DNA of 42,276 bases, taken from the IMG/VR virus record IMGVR_UViG_3300049215_000070, one strand, 5' to 3'. The notes beneath the pieces were generated by a model. That model was not told where the DNA came from and made no database searches. It saw only the letters and a list, made by a program, of their open reading frames with translations. The position numbers and the translations under genes were made by a program. Below are positions 9,282 through 18,192 of this stretch, one piece after another (the first letter of the stretch is position 1; every line of letters starts with the position of its first letter). This DNA comes from a virus (taxonomy: Duplodnaviria; Heunggongvirae; Uroviricota; Caudoviricetes).

Positions 9282-9548
9282 ATGCAGATACCAGATCCCA
9301 ACGGCATGGATCTGGATCAGTGGGTATACGGGACACTGTCCGTGCTGACCAATTACCCGAACCCGCGCACCATGGTCAATGACGACTGGCGGCAGTGGGG
9401 TATGATGTTTTTTGACACCCCTTCGCTGTCTACGCTAGGTCCGCCAAACCCGTACGATTACGCGGAATGGCGACCATGGGCAGAGCGACTAGCCGAGAGC
9501 CTTGGCAACGCCCCGGGGTCTCCAACGCCTATCACGAAGACAGCATAA
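9282..9548 (+). CDS. Conserved Trp-rich small protein following the nozzle gene
   Basis: 88 aa; W..W.....P.PY.Y..W..WA.R pattern; abuts upstream stop. Confidence 0.7.
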   Translation: MQIPDPNGMDLDQWVYGTLSVLTNYPNPRTMVNDDWRQWGMMFFDTPSLSTLGPPNPYDYAEWRPWAERLAESLGNAPGSPTPITKTA

Positions 9549-9565
9549 TGCCTATAGGATAAAAA

Positions 9566-10993
9566 ATGAAATTAAACATAGATGGAGACCCAACAACAGG
9601 AAAATCTGCTGCTGCATTGGAAAATTCCAAAGCCAATCAAGAAGCAGCTGCTCAAGCCAAACTTAACGCAGAGCTTCAGCCATATGCTCAGCAAACTATT
9701 GCAGATTTAAATAGCGGAAATTATTCTGGCGCATGGAACGAGGCTTTGCAATCATCGCCGCTGTACAACACGAATTACAGCTCACAGACAACAGATCCTT
9801 TGCTTGCCGATATGGAGTCTGCACAAGGTCTGCAGGAGCTTGATCCAAGCATTCAGTGGAACGCTACAAATACGGCTGCGTATTACAATGCTCTAGGTCA
9901 AAATCCTGTTTACAGCGGGCAAACGGTCAAGGGGGCGAATGGCGGCACAGAAAGCTTAGGTCAAAATCCGTACGGGGACTGGGGAGCTGGGGCTGCCGTT
10001 ACCAATGGAACAGACGCAAAAGCAAATCTAACGCAGGACCCCAATTCATCCCCCAATGTTTCGCAGTTCGCTGGGGCGAGACCTCGCGCTTCATTTCTTG
10101 ATAAATACGGCGCCGATATTGCGGCAATTGTTGCCACGGTGGCAACCGCTGGGGCTGGAGCACCGGCTCTTGGAGCGGCCCTTGCTGGGTCAGCGGCATC
10201 GGACCTAGTCAATGGTGCAGAAGGTAAATTAACCCTGAGCGGCGCCCTTGAGGGAGCCGGGATGGCGGCTCTTGGAGCCGCGGTTCCAGGCGCAAGTAGC
10301 GCTTTAAATTCCGCCACAGGAAACGCGCTAGGCACAGTCGGTTCGAACGCGTTAGTGGGCGCCGGGGTTGGTGCGCTTGGGTCAAAGCTAACCGGAGGCA
10401 ATCCATTGGTTGGAGCCATAGGAGGCGGCGCGGGGGGTGCTATACAAGCATCCGGGATAAACAATACAGTCGGGCAGCAAATTAATAGCGCCACCGGACT
10501 CCCTGTATCTGTTGGGGCTGGTTTATCTGGCGGTGCATTAGGCGCAGGGGTTGGCGCTATCACGGGCAGCTTGAGCGGCCAGGGGGCAGCAAATGGCGCC
10601 TTAATGGGTGGAGTTGGGGGCGCTCTAAGGGCTGGCGTTGGATCGGCAACTGGAAACCAGACCATAGGTAACGTTGCTGGTACAATAGGCAGTGCCCTAG
10701 CGGGCAAATACTTGACGTCTTCCCCGGCGGCTGCTACCGCAGCAGCCGCACCGGCTACTGCTACCGTTGCGGCGGCAAAAACACCTACGCCTGCTGCAAC
10801 AACTGCCGCGCAAACAGCACCTGCGCCGACGCCTCTTTTCCAGCAGCCAACCAATATTGGCACGTACAACTTCAACAGCACCGGATTGGGTTACCAGCCA
10901 ATGAGCCAGGTTAATCCAGGAATTACCAATTACGCGACTTACGGGCAAGGACCAGAAGCAAACTTCTTTGCCCCCACGCCAGGAACAACATGA
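9566..10993 (+). CDS. Putative DNA-ejection (internal virion) protein with glycine-zipper membrane-like region
   Basis: 475 aa, A/G-rich GxxxG repeats, located downstream of the nozzle where ejection genes typically lie. Confidence 0.65.
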   Translation: MKLNIDGDPTTGKSAAALENSKANQEAAAQAKLNAELQPYAQQTIADLNSGNYSGAWNEALQSSPLYNTNYSSQTTDPLLADMESAQGLQELDPSIQWNATNTAAYYNALGQNPVYSGQTVKGANGGTESLGQNPYGDWGAGAAVTNGTDAKANLTQDPNSSPNVSQFAGARPRASFLDKYGADIAAIVATVATAGAGAPALGAALAGSAASDLVNGAEGKLTLSGALEGAGMAALGAAVPGASSALNSATGNALGTVGSNALVGAGVGALGSKLTGGNPLVGAIGGGAGGAIQASGINNTVGQQINSATGLPVSVGAGLSGGALGAGVGAITGSLSGQGAANGALMGGVGGALRAGVGSATGNQTIGNVAGTIGSALAGKYLTSSPAAATAAAAPATATVAAAKTPTPAATTAAQTAPAPTPLFQQPTNIGTYNFNSTGLGYQPMSQVNPGITNYATYGQGPEANFFAPTPGTT

Positions 10994-11091
10994 GAGAAAC
11001 GTCCGGTATAAGGCAACTTGGCGCACTAGGCGACAACATCGAAGGGCTGGAAAAGCTCATTTCTTACCTCCGTCGAGCGGAATCACATTAA
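10990..11091 (+). CDS. 33-aa mini-ORF (MRETSGIRQLGALGDNIEGLEKLISYLRRAESH), not in the ORF track
   Basis: ATGA overlap upstream, TAATG overlap downstream, AGGA upstream. Confidence 0.55.
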   Translation: MRETSGIRQLGALGDNIEGLEKLISYLRRAESH

Positions 11092-12548
11092 TGTCGAAAC
11101 TCAGAGAAATCTACAAGGGCTCATTCAAAGGGCGTCGTAACAAGCACGACGTGGTAACGGCGTACGACGGCGGATACATGGATTTTTCCACGTCCTCTTT
11201 CGATCCGAGCACGGTTGTTCCCACGGCGGTTGACACCGGGTACGGCAGCGGCTACAACCCCAGCACCGACCCCAATGTCGCCGGTTACACGGGATCACAA
11301 GACAGCAGCCTTGCGGCGCCCGCGGCCACGGGGCTGGATCAAAATTACCTGTCGACAATCAACGCCGAGCTTGCCGCCGACCCTACCGGAGAAAACGCCG
11401 CCGCCAGTTTTGATAGCAGCAAATCAAAATCTGGCTCATCTTCTGGCTCATCTGCCGCGTCAAGCGCCGCAGGTGGTGCGCTTGGTACGCTACTCAAGGC
11501 GCTGGGTCTTGGGAGCGGAAACACCAGCGCGCAAGGTATCACCGCGCTGGCCGGGCTGCTCTCTGCCGCTGGGCAGTACAAGCAAAACTCCGCGTACGCG
11601 CCGACGTTTGCGCCGCCCGCGTTATTTGGCGGGACCTCAGGGACCACATCCGGCAACACCGCAGGCATCGCGTCGACCGGGTACGGACCCGCTGGCGGCT
11701 ACAACTACGCCAACTACAAAGGCCTGGTAGCGGGCGCCCCCGGGCTGGGTTACGCGCCGCAGACCGCGACCACGCCCACGATCCCAAATTACTACACCTA
11801 CGGTCAGGGTCCGCAGCAGAGCTTTTTCACCACGACGCCGTCGAGCGCCACGCAGCCCACCGCAATGAAAAAAGGCGGCAAGGTCAGCACGCCGCAGCGT
11901 TTTGCCATGGGCGGGTTCAACACCGGCATGATGCCGCCCGTCCACCCCAACATGGGCACGATCACCCCCAGTATGGGGGTGCCTAGCGCCAATCCAATGG
12001 CGGGCGGTATTACGACCAGCGGCCCGTCAAACCCGACCGGCACGCCATCCTTTGGCGCAATGCCCGCGCAACGCGGCGCGCAAGTGCGCCCGGCGGTCCC
12101 GGCCACAATGCCTCCGCAGCAGACCCACACGCAGCCCATGCCGGGTCGAGCCTTTGCGAATGGCGGCAGCGCCGCGCCTCAAGCGTCGTCCTCGTCGTTT
12201 ACCAGCCAGGTGCCTCAAAACCTGTCTGGGGTGCTCTCAGGGATGCGCAAAGCCTCTACCCCTAGTCACGCACCCCCGCTGGCTACGGGCGGCGCCTTGG
12301 CCTCCGTAAGCCGTCACGTCAAGGGTCCGGGGGATGGTACTAATGACAAAATTCCGGCACGCCTATCGCCCGGAGAATTCGTAATTTCTGCGGATGTTGT
12401 AAGCGGCATCGGTAATGGTGACAATGGTGCAGGCGCCAGAAAACTCGATGCGTTTATGAAAAACGTCAGGAAGCACAAAGCAGAAAATGGATCTAAGGGT
12501 AAATTGCCAGCCAATGCTAGGCCAGTGGCAAGTTATCTAGGGAAGTAG
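11091..12548 (+). CDS. Putative internal virion protein with five xxxGG motifs and a C-terminal GPG.G..D.IPA.LS.GEFV domain
   Basis: Start reassigned to ATG 11091; low-complexity S/T/P/A/G body; conserved C-terminal domain. Confidence 0.75.
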   Translation: MSKLREIYKGSFKGRRNKHDVVTAYDGGYMDFSTSSFDPSTVVPTAVDTGYGSGYNPSTDPNVAGYTGSQDSSLAAPAATGLDQNYLSTINAELAADPTGENAAASFDSSKSKSGSSSGSSAASSAAGGALGTLLKALGLGSGNTSAQGITALAGLLSAAGQYKQNSAYAPTFAPPALFGGTSGTTSGNTAGIASTGYGPAGGYNYANYKGLVAGAPGLGYAPQTATTPTIPNYYTYGQGPQQSFFTTTPSSATQPTAMKKGGKVSTPQRFAMGGFNTGMMPPVHPNMGTITPSMGVPSANPMAGGITTSGPSNPTGTPSFGAMPAQRGAQVRPAVPATMPPQQTHTQPMPGRAFANGGSAAPQASSSSFTSQVPQNLSGVLSGMRKASTPSHAPPLATGGALASVSRHVKGPGDGTNDKIPARLSPGEFVISADVVSGIGNGDNGAGARKLDAFMKNVRKHKAENGSKGKLPANARPVASYLGK

Positions 12549-12550
12549 CT

Positions 12551-12658
12551 ATGTATCGCGTTTACCAAATTATCAATGCTGAGTCTAAAAAAAGATACAT
12601 CGGAATGACCAGAATGTCAGGACGCGAGCACTTCGGACACGCGTCAGTGGTGGCGTAA
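12551..12658 (+). pseudogene. 35-aa GIY-YIG endonuclease N-terminal remnant
   Basis: Translates MYRVYQIINAESKKRYIGMTRMSG..., matching VY.I.N....K.YIG.T; stops at TAATG of the next gene. Confidence 0.65.
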
Positions 12659-13755
12659 TGGGCGCACTCAGCTTTCTCAATCAGGGCACGGCGCCGAGCG
12701 CCAGCTCAAACTACAGCCAAAGCTCGACCCAGCTTCCCAGCTGGTACACGGACTACACGCAGCAAATCCTGAACACCGCGGCGCAGTTTGCCGCGCAACC
12801 GTATCAAACGTATCAGGGTCCGCGCATAGCCGCTCAAGACCAGAACACGGAAAACGCTTATTCCGCGGCCCCCGGCATCGCGAACACCGCGAGCGGCACG
12901 AACACCACCGCGCAGAATTTGATTCAGCAGGGCGCGAATCAGAACAACCCCTTAGGGGCGGCGCAGCCGTACCTCAATCAGGGCACAGACCCGACGTACA
13001 ACACGGTTCAGAATTACATGAACCCGTACAACACGGATGTCACGAATGCCATCGCGACCGCGGGCAACACAAATTTCAATCAGAACACGCTCCCGGCGCT
13101 GCAGTCGTCTATCATTGGTGCGGGCAACATCACCGGCAGCTCGACGGAGGGAACAAACCTCATCGAGAACGCGGAACAACAAAACAACCAGAACATCACA
13201 AACGCGCAAGCCGCGGCGCTGCAGTCTGGGTACACGGGATCTTTGAACGCCGCGCAACAAGGCAACGCAAACGCGCTCACCGCCGGTCAAACCGCCGCCA
13301 ACGCAAACACCGCGCAAGCCAACACCTCAATCAACGCCGGGACCGCGGCGTCGAACGCAGGCACTCAAGCCACCGCGAACGAGCTTGCCGCGTCGAACAA
13401 TGAAAACACTCTGGGTCAGCAAAATCAGGGGTATAATCAATCCAATTTGAACCTGGCGTACCAGGACTACCTGAACCAGCTCAATTACCCGCTCACTCGG
13501 GTCAGCGAGATGCAGGGCGCGCTATCAGGGATTCAGGTGCCGTCCGCCACCGTGAACTACAACTACGGTACCGGCGTCGGCGGCGGCAACGGCAGCGCGC
13601 AGGGCAGCACAACGTCGCCGCTTGCGAGCTTGTTCGGCACCGGAGTTGGCGCCGCGGCAGGCGCGGCTGGCAGCACGACCCCAACCACAACCAACACCGC
13701 AGCCGGGCCGTCAAATGTCGGCGGGTTTGTCAACGGCGTCTGGCAAGGGAGTTAG
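12658..13755 (+). CDS. Putative DNA-ejection/pilot protein
   Basis: 365 aa Q/N/A-rich; LP.W......A.....PYQ.Y.GPRIA, YMNPY, AYQDY..Q..YP motifs typical of podophage ejection proteins. Confidence 0.75.
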   Translation: MGALSFLNQGTAPSASSNYSQSSTQLPSWYTDYTQQILNTAAQFAAQPYQTYQGPRIAAQDQNTENAYSAAPGIANTASGTNTTAQNLIQQGANQNNPLGAAQPYLNQGTDPTYNTVQNYMNPYNTDVTNAIATAGNTNFNQNTLPALQSSIIGAGNITGSSTEGTNLIENAEQQNNQNITNAQAAALQSGYTGSLNAAQQGNANALTAGQTAANANTAQANTSINAGTAASNAGTQATANELAASNNENTLGQQNQGYNQSNLNLAYQDYLNQLNYPLTRVSEMQGALSGIQVPSATVNYNYGTGVGGGNGSAQGSTTSPLASLFGTGVGAAAGAAGSTTPTTTNTAAGPSNVGGFVNGVWQGS

Positions 13756-13756
13756 C

Positions 13757-15574
13757 ATGGCTGAGCAAGTCAACAGCATGGGCATTCCACTTGAAGATGC
13801 CGAGCTGGACGATCCAAGTAGCAACATAGACGCCCCTGACCCGTTGCTTGACGAGTCCCCTCGAAGCGGCGCGCTTGCGGCTGTCACTCAAGGTGGCGCA
13901 CGCCGAGCGGCCAAAGATCGCTACGACGAGAACAACGCCGAGATGGACGATTTGCGTCAGCAGTACGCAAGCACCGCCAAACAGCAAGCGGACGCGTACG
14001 CTCAGCAGAAAGCGCAAATTGACGCAGCGACCGCGCGCCTCCAGGGCATGCAGGTTGGCCCCAGCGACCAGGAGAAGCTGTACCGTATCGCGGCGGCTGG
14101 CGCCACACCAAACCACAACGGCGTCGACATCGCCGGGATCAACGCCACGCAGGCCGACGTACTCAAAGAACGGCGCGAAGCGGAGCTGCAAAAGCAAAAC
14201 CTTCTCGCTCAGTACGGATTTCAGGGTCCGCAGGCCACCATTGGCGCAACCAATGCAAAGTTGAATCAGCTCACGCAGCAGCAGCGCATCGTCGCCGGTC
14301 AGCTCAACAGCGCAGGCAACCAGCAATTCCGTGGGCAAGCCAACATGCCGTTTGGGTTAACCCAGAACGCCGACGGCTCCGTTTCTGTCGCCCCTGGCAT
14401 GGAGCAGTACTGGAACGAAAAATCACTGGCTGCCATGTACGGCAAAGGCTACATGAAGCCGAACCCGGACGGATCTAAGTCCTGGATATCGCTCGCGCCT
14501 TTGGCCGCATCTTTGCAGCGCGGGCAGCAACCGCCTCAGCAAGCGCCGCAACAGGCACCGCAACAGGCACCGCAAACGCCGCCACAGCAAGGTGGGGGAG
14601 CAATAACTCCTCAAGCACCTCGTCCAGTCGCGGCTGCGGCACCTTCTGCGGCACCGGCAGCAACAGCCCCGCAAATCCCATCCGCACCTACGGCACTCCA
14701 AGCGCCAGCAAAGCCTCTGCCCAGCCCGTATGACGATTTGTTCATACCGTCCACGGTGCTAGACCCGAAATACGGCGCGCTTACGCCTGCAACCAAGCCC
14801 GCGTACGTTGCCACCGCGGCGCAGGCTTTCGATCCCGCGTACTTCAAAGAGTACCAGTTTCAGGCGAACAATTTTGGCGACATGGATGTTCGCAAAAAAA
14901 ACCTGGAGAAAGAAGCCGCCGAGCTTGCGGAAGCGGGCAACAGCGCAAAAAGCGTCATCTACAATTACGGTCAGGCGCTGCATCAAATGGACCAATTGAA
15001 CGACCCGCAGCTTCTCAGCGGACCCGCGGGCGCAAAAATTGGCGCGTTCGAGAACACGCTTCGCGGCGTGCTGCCAGATACCGTAACGCAGCAGCTTTTT
15101 AGCGACCCAAACCTGAAAAAACTCGCCACTCAACAGGACACAGACAAGTACTTTTTGAACGCGGCGACAACCGGCCTAAAAGCTATTTACGGTGGCCGCA
15201 TCACGAACATGGAAGTGCAGCAACGACTCAAGAGCCTGCCCAGCAATAACCTGCTCCCGGCGGTGACGCGCATGCTAGCCGCGGCGCAGGCCGAGGTCGC
15301 TCAAGATACGGTCAACAAGGGCAAGCTATTTGGCGCTTACGTGCGCAAAGGTGGAGATCCCGCACCGGGAACTTTCAACACCTGGTACGAGGCAAACTTT
15401 GACCCGTTTGGTGAAAGCCGTCTCAAGCAAAATTTGAATCAGCTGCAAACCGTTGCCCCTGCAAAAACCGCCGCACCCGCTGCGCAAAACCCGCTGGTTG
15501 CTTACTACAGCGGCCCGTACGCCGCCTGGGTTGCTGGCGGTAAAAAAGGCCCGCAACCCCCGAGACCTCGGTAA
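13757..15574 (+). CDS. Putative internal virion/ejection protein (~605 aa)
   Basis: Start reassigned to ATG 13757 (GGGAG SD); coiled-coil segments and a PQQA-repeat linker. Confidence 0.7.
   Translation: MAEQVNSMGIPLEDAELDDPSSNIDAPDPLLDESPRSGALAAVTQGGARRAAKDRYDENNAEMDDLRQQYASTAKQQADAYAQQKAQIDAATARLQGMQVGPSDQEKLYRIAAAGATPNHNGVDIAGINATQADVLKERREAELQKQNLLAQYGFQGPQATIGATNAKLNQLTQQQRIVAGQLNSAGNQQFRGQANMPFGLTQNADGSVSVAPGMEQYWNEKSLAAMYGKGYMKPNPDGSKSWISLAPLAASLQRGQQPPQQAPQQAPQQAPQTPPQQGGGAITPQAPRPVAAAAPSAAPAATAPQIPSAPTALQAPAKPLPSPYDDLFIPSTVLDPKYGALTPATKPAYVATAAQAFDPAYFKEYQFQANNFGDMDVRKKNLEKEAAELAEAGNSAKSVIYNYGQALHQMDQLNDPQLLSGPAGAKIGAFENTLRGVLPDTVTQQLFSDPNLKKLATQQDTDKYFLNAATTGLKAIYGGRITNMEVQQRLKSLPSNNLLPAVTRMLAAAQAEVAQDTVNKGKLFGAYVRKGGDPAPGTFNTWYEANFDPFGESRLKQNLNQLQTVAPAKTAAPAAQNPLVAYYSGPYAAWVAGGKKGPQPPRPR
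14534..14590 (+). repeat. Imperfect 12-bp coding tandem repeat (PQQA)n
   Basis: cctcagcaagcg ccgcaacaggca ccgcaacaggca ccgcaaacg... Confidence 0.7.
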
Positions 15575-17538
15575 TGGCAAACGATACGGACTTACTTGCG
15601 GCCTTAAAGGCCGCGCATGACGCCGGGGATGACGAGGCGGCGGCGGCTATTGCCGCGCAAATGTCGGCGCAACCGGTGACGCATGAACCGGTCAAACAAC
15701 CGGACACGTTGACCATTACTCCATCAGATCCATCAGAGCAACCAGGTGGCGAGCACTGGATGGAAAAATACGGCCCGACGTCAGGTATGAGCGGGCTGGA
15801 TAAATTTCGTGCGGGAATTGGTCAATCTTTTGTTGACACCGGGCGAGGAATATCGCAATTATTTGGTGGTCAATCCAAGTCGGACACCGACGAGCAGCGC
15901 CGATTAGACGCGCCCCTCGACAGGACCGGCGCTGGATTGGCCGGTAACATCCTGGGAGGCGTGGCGCAATCCGCGTTGCCCGGGTTGGGCGCCGAGGCAG
16001 CAGGCGCAAAGATCGCCTCAGGGCTTGCGACAAGTCCCGGCGCGCTGCAGGCCGCGCAGGCCATTTACCGCATCGCGCGTCCCGCCGCAACCGGCGCCGC
16101 GTACGGAGCGTTAGCACCAGTCGGAAGCAATGAGACGCGCGCAGGGAACGCCGGTCTGGGCGCCGCTGCGGGTGAGGTCGGTCAGGTGCTGGGTAACGCG
16201 GGCGCGAATGTGCTGCGCTCCGGTGAGGATGCGCTTACAGCTGGCGCTCGCAAAGGCGCCGACATCGCCCGCAAGTACGGCATTCCGTTAAGTATGCCGC
16301 AGCTCGCAGGCAAATTTACCGGTTTCGTTGGGGACACGCTTGATAAACTGCCGTTCAGCGGTGCGAGCGACCGACGAGACGCGCAGCGAAGCGCATTCAA
16401 TGACGCGCTGGGTCGTACCGCCGGAATACCAAACGCGCAAGGCGCGATCAACACCGACATGGTTGACCACGCGCGAGACACCGTAGGCAGCGCCATTGGC
16501 AACATGGCGAGCAACCGTGTCGCGCTTGTTACCCCGAAACAAGTTCAAGGTGTCACGCAGCTTCTGCAGGACGTGAATGACGTCTCGACGCCTGAGACGG
16601 CGCGCGTAGTCAACAACTACGCCAACAAAATGTTCGGTATGGGCGCGTCCGGTCCTTCCAAAGTCATCCCCATCAACAATGCGCTTCCCGGCGGACCCAT
16701 CGCGCAAATACCTGGCGACGCTTGGCGCGAACAGAACACACAAATCGGGAACCACATCCGCAGGCTTGGGCCAAACGACGGCGACCTGAAGTACTACCTG
16801 GGCGAGCTGCAAGACCATTACATGGATACTATGCAGAACGCGATGTCGCCCGAAGAATTCAATCAATTCCAAAGTTTGCGCGGGCAATACCGCAACAATC
16901 GAACCATCGCCCCGCTTGCTGAAAAAGCAGGCGACGAAGGTATCAACCCGTTGCTGGTGCAAGCGAGAGCTATTTCGGCCAAAAACAACCGCGGCGACGT
17001 TGGAGAGCTTGGGGATTTTGCCAAGTCAATGCTCGCCAAAAAATACCCGGACAGCGGCACCGCGCAACGCGCGCTGATGTACTCCGCGATTACCGGCGGA
17101 TTGGGCGCTGGGGCTGGCGCGTTACTAGACGACGAAAATCACGGCACGGGCGCGGCATATGGAGCGCTCCCTGGCGCGGCGATGATCGCTGGCGGGTTGG
17201 CCGGTCGAGGTCTGAATTCTCAGGCGCTCAGTCGGTTGTATCAGGCGCGCATGCCGGAGCCTGTTGCGGGCACGATTCGAGACCTGGCGGCTCGTAGCCC
17301 GGTTGCGGCGCAGCGCGCGGAGCAAGTAATCGCGCCACAGGAAGGATACGCAGACGGCGGCGAAGTCAAAAAATCAACCTTCTGGGATCTTGTGCAGCAA
17401 GCTGTCAAAGAGCTAGCTTCACCCAGCACCAATGCACCGCCCACGCCGACACCAGCACCCGGCACAGTAGCATCAGGCAGTGTAGGCCAAGACTTTGACA
17501 ATAAGGTGAACCAAGCCGTGCAAGGCGCCGGTGGTTAG
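15574..17538 (+). CDS. Large putative ejection protein (654 aa) with a C-terminal YADGGEV motif
   Basis: TAATG coupling; A/G-rich helical protein; PDSGTAQR motif seen in podophage ejection proteins. Confidence 0.7.
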   Translation: MANDTDLLAALKAAHDAGDDEAAAAIAAQMSAQPVTHEPVKQPDTLTITPSDPSEQPGGEHWMEKYGPTSGMSGLDKFRAGIGQSFVDTGRGISQLFGGQSKSDTDEQRRLDAPLDRTGAGLAGNILGGVAQSALPGLGAEAAGAKIASGLATSPGALQAAQAIYRIARPAATGAAYGALAPVGSNETRAGNAGLGAAAGEVGQVLGNAGANVLRSGEDALTAGARKGADIARKYGIPLSMPQLAGKFTGFVGDTLDKLPFSGASDRRDAQRSAFNDALGRTAGIPNAQGAINTDMVDHARDTVGSAIGNMASNRVALVTPKQVQGVTQLLQDVNDVSTPETARVVNNYANKMFGMGASGPSKVIPINNALPGGPIAQIPGDAWREQNTQIGNHIRRLGPNDGDLKYYLGELQDHYMDTMQNAMSPEEFNQFQSLRGQYRNNRTIAPLAEKAGDEGINPLLVQARAISAKNNRGDVGELGDFAKSMLAKKYPDSGTAQRALMYSAITGGLGAGAGALLDDENHGTGAAYGALPGAAMIAGGLAGRGLNSQALSRLYQARMPEPVAGTIRDLAARSPVAAQRAEQVIAPQEGYADGGEVKKSTFWDLVQQAVKELASPSTNAPPTPTPAPGTVASGSVGQDFDNKVNQAVQGAGG

Positions 17539-17617
17539 CGGCGGCTTGATCCCAGGCGTCTGAGAGCGCGTACGCAGCCAGGCACCCAAAAAACCCAATC
17601 AGCATCAAAATTAGCAT
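17405..17617 (-). CDS. Small antisense membrane protein
   Basis: AGGAG SD 6 nt before ATG 17617; hydrophobic N-terminus (MLILMLIGFFGCLAAYAL); own promoter; overlaps the 3' end of the 654-aa gene. Confidence 0.45.
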   Translation of the reverse strand: MLILMLIGFFGCLAAYALSDAWDQAAANHRRLARLGSPYCQSLGLHCLMLLCRVLVSAWAVHWCWVKLAL

Positions 17618-17641
17618 GGTCATCTCCTGTTAAGATGACCC

Positions 17642-17670
17642 AATCTACTGCGTCTTGAAGGTAAAGTCAA
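17642..17670 (-). promoter_or_regulatory. Sigma70-like promoter TTGACT-N17-TAGATT
   Basis: Minus strand: -35 at 17670-17665, -10 at 17647-17642, upstream of an AGGAG SD. Confidence 0.6.
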
Positions 17671-18191
17671 TGTTTGACCGCATAATCGACTTCTTCTTCC
17701 AGTTCGCAAGTTTGTTTCAATTTTGGGTGATTTTGGAGCCGTATGACGAAGGCGTGCGCCTGAGGCTAGGAAAGCAGCACGGTGGCCCGCTGAGATGCGG
17801 GTTGCACTGGAAAATACCGTTCAAGGTCGACCAAATCCTGACGCTGCAGGTGGTCCCTTCGACGCACAGCCTGGGCGACGAAAGCGTGATGACAAAAGAT
17901 GGGAAGTCCATCACGTTTCACGCGATTATAACTTTTCAGATCAGCGACATCGAGAAAGCTCTTCTCAAAGTTCATGACGTAGATCACGCTGTGAGAGATA
18001 GCTGCTCCGGTGAGGTGGGTCGCGTATTGCGCGAAAGCACATGGGATGAGATATTGAAAGATGACATTCTCGATAAGCTGACCGCGGCCTGCCGAAAAAA
18101 GGGCTGGCGCTGGGGGTTGGAGATCATGTCGGTGCAGCTTGCCGGGTTGTCTATCGCGCGCAATATTCGTCTCATGAACAGTAGCAGGTAA
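17670..18191 (+). CDS. SPFH/band-7 (prohibitin/stomatin-like) domain protein
   Basis: V.PY.EGVRLRLGK......GLHWKIPF, TKDGKSI, WG..I..V.L motifs; start probably ATG 17670. Confidence 0.85.
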   Translation: MFDRIIDFFFQFASLFQFWVILEPYDEGVRLRLGKQHGGPLRCGLHWKIPFKVDQILTLQVVPSTHSLGDESVMTKDGKSITFHAIITFQISDIEKALLKVHDVDHAVRDSCSGEVGRVLRESTWDEILKDDILDKLTAACRKKGWRWGLEIMSVQLAGLSIARNIRLMNSSR

Positions 18192-18192
18192 A

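Noticed and set aside
5537-16962. Long minus-strand ORFs (5537-6190, 8307-9041, 9961-10881, 13730-14338, 16288-16962 and similar)
   Set aside because: These are antisense shadows of well-supported plus-strand genes in GC-rich DNA, with no SD or recognisable motifs.
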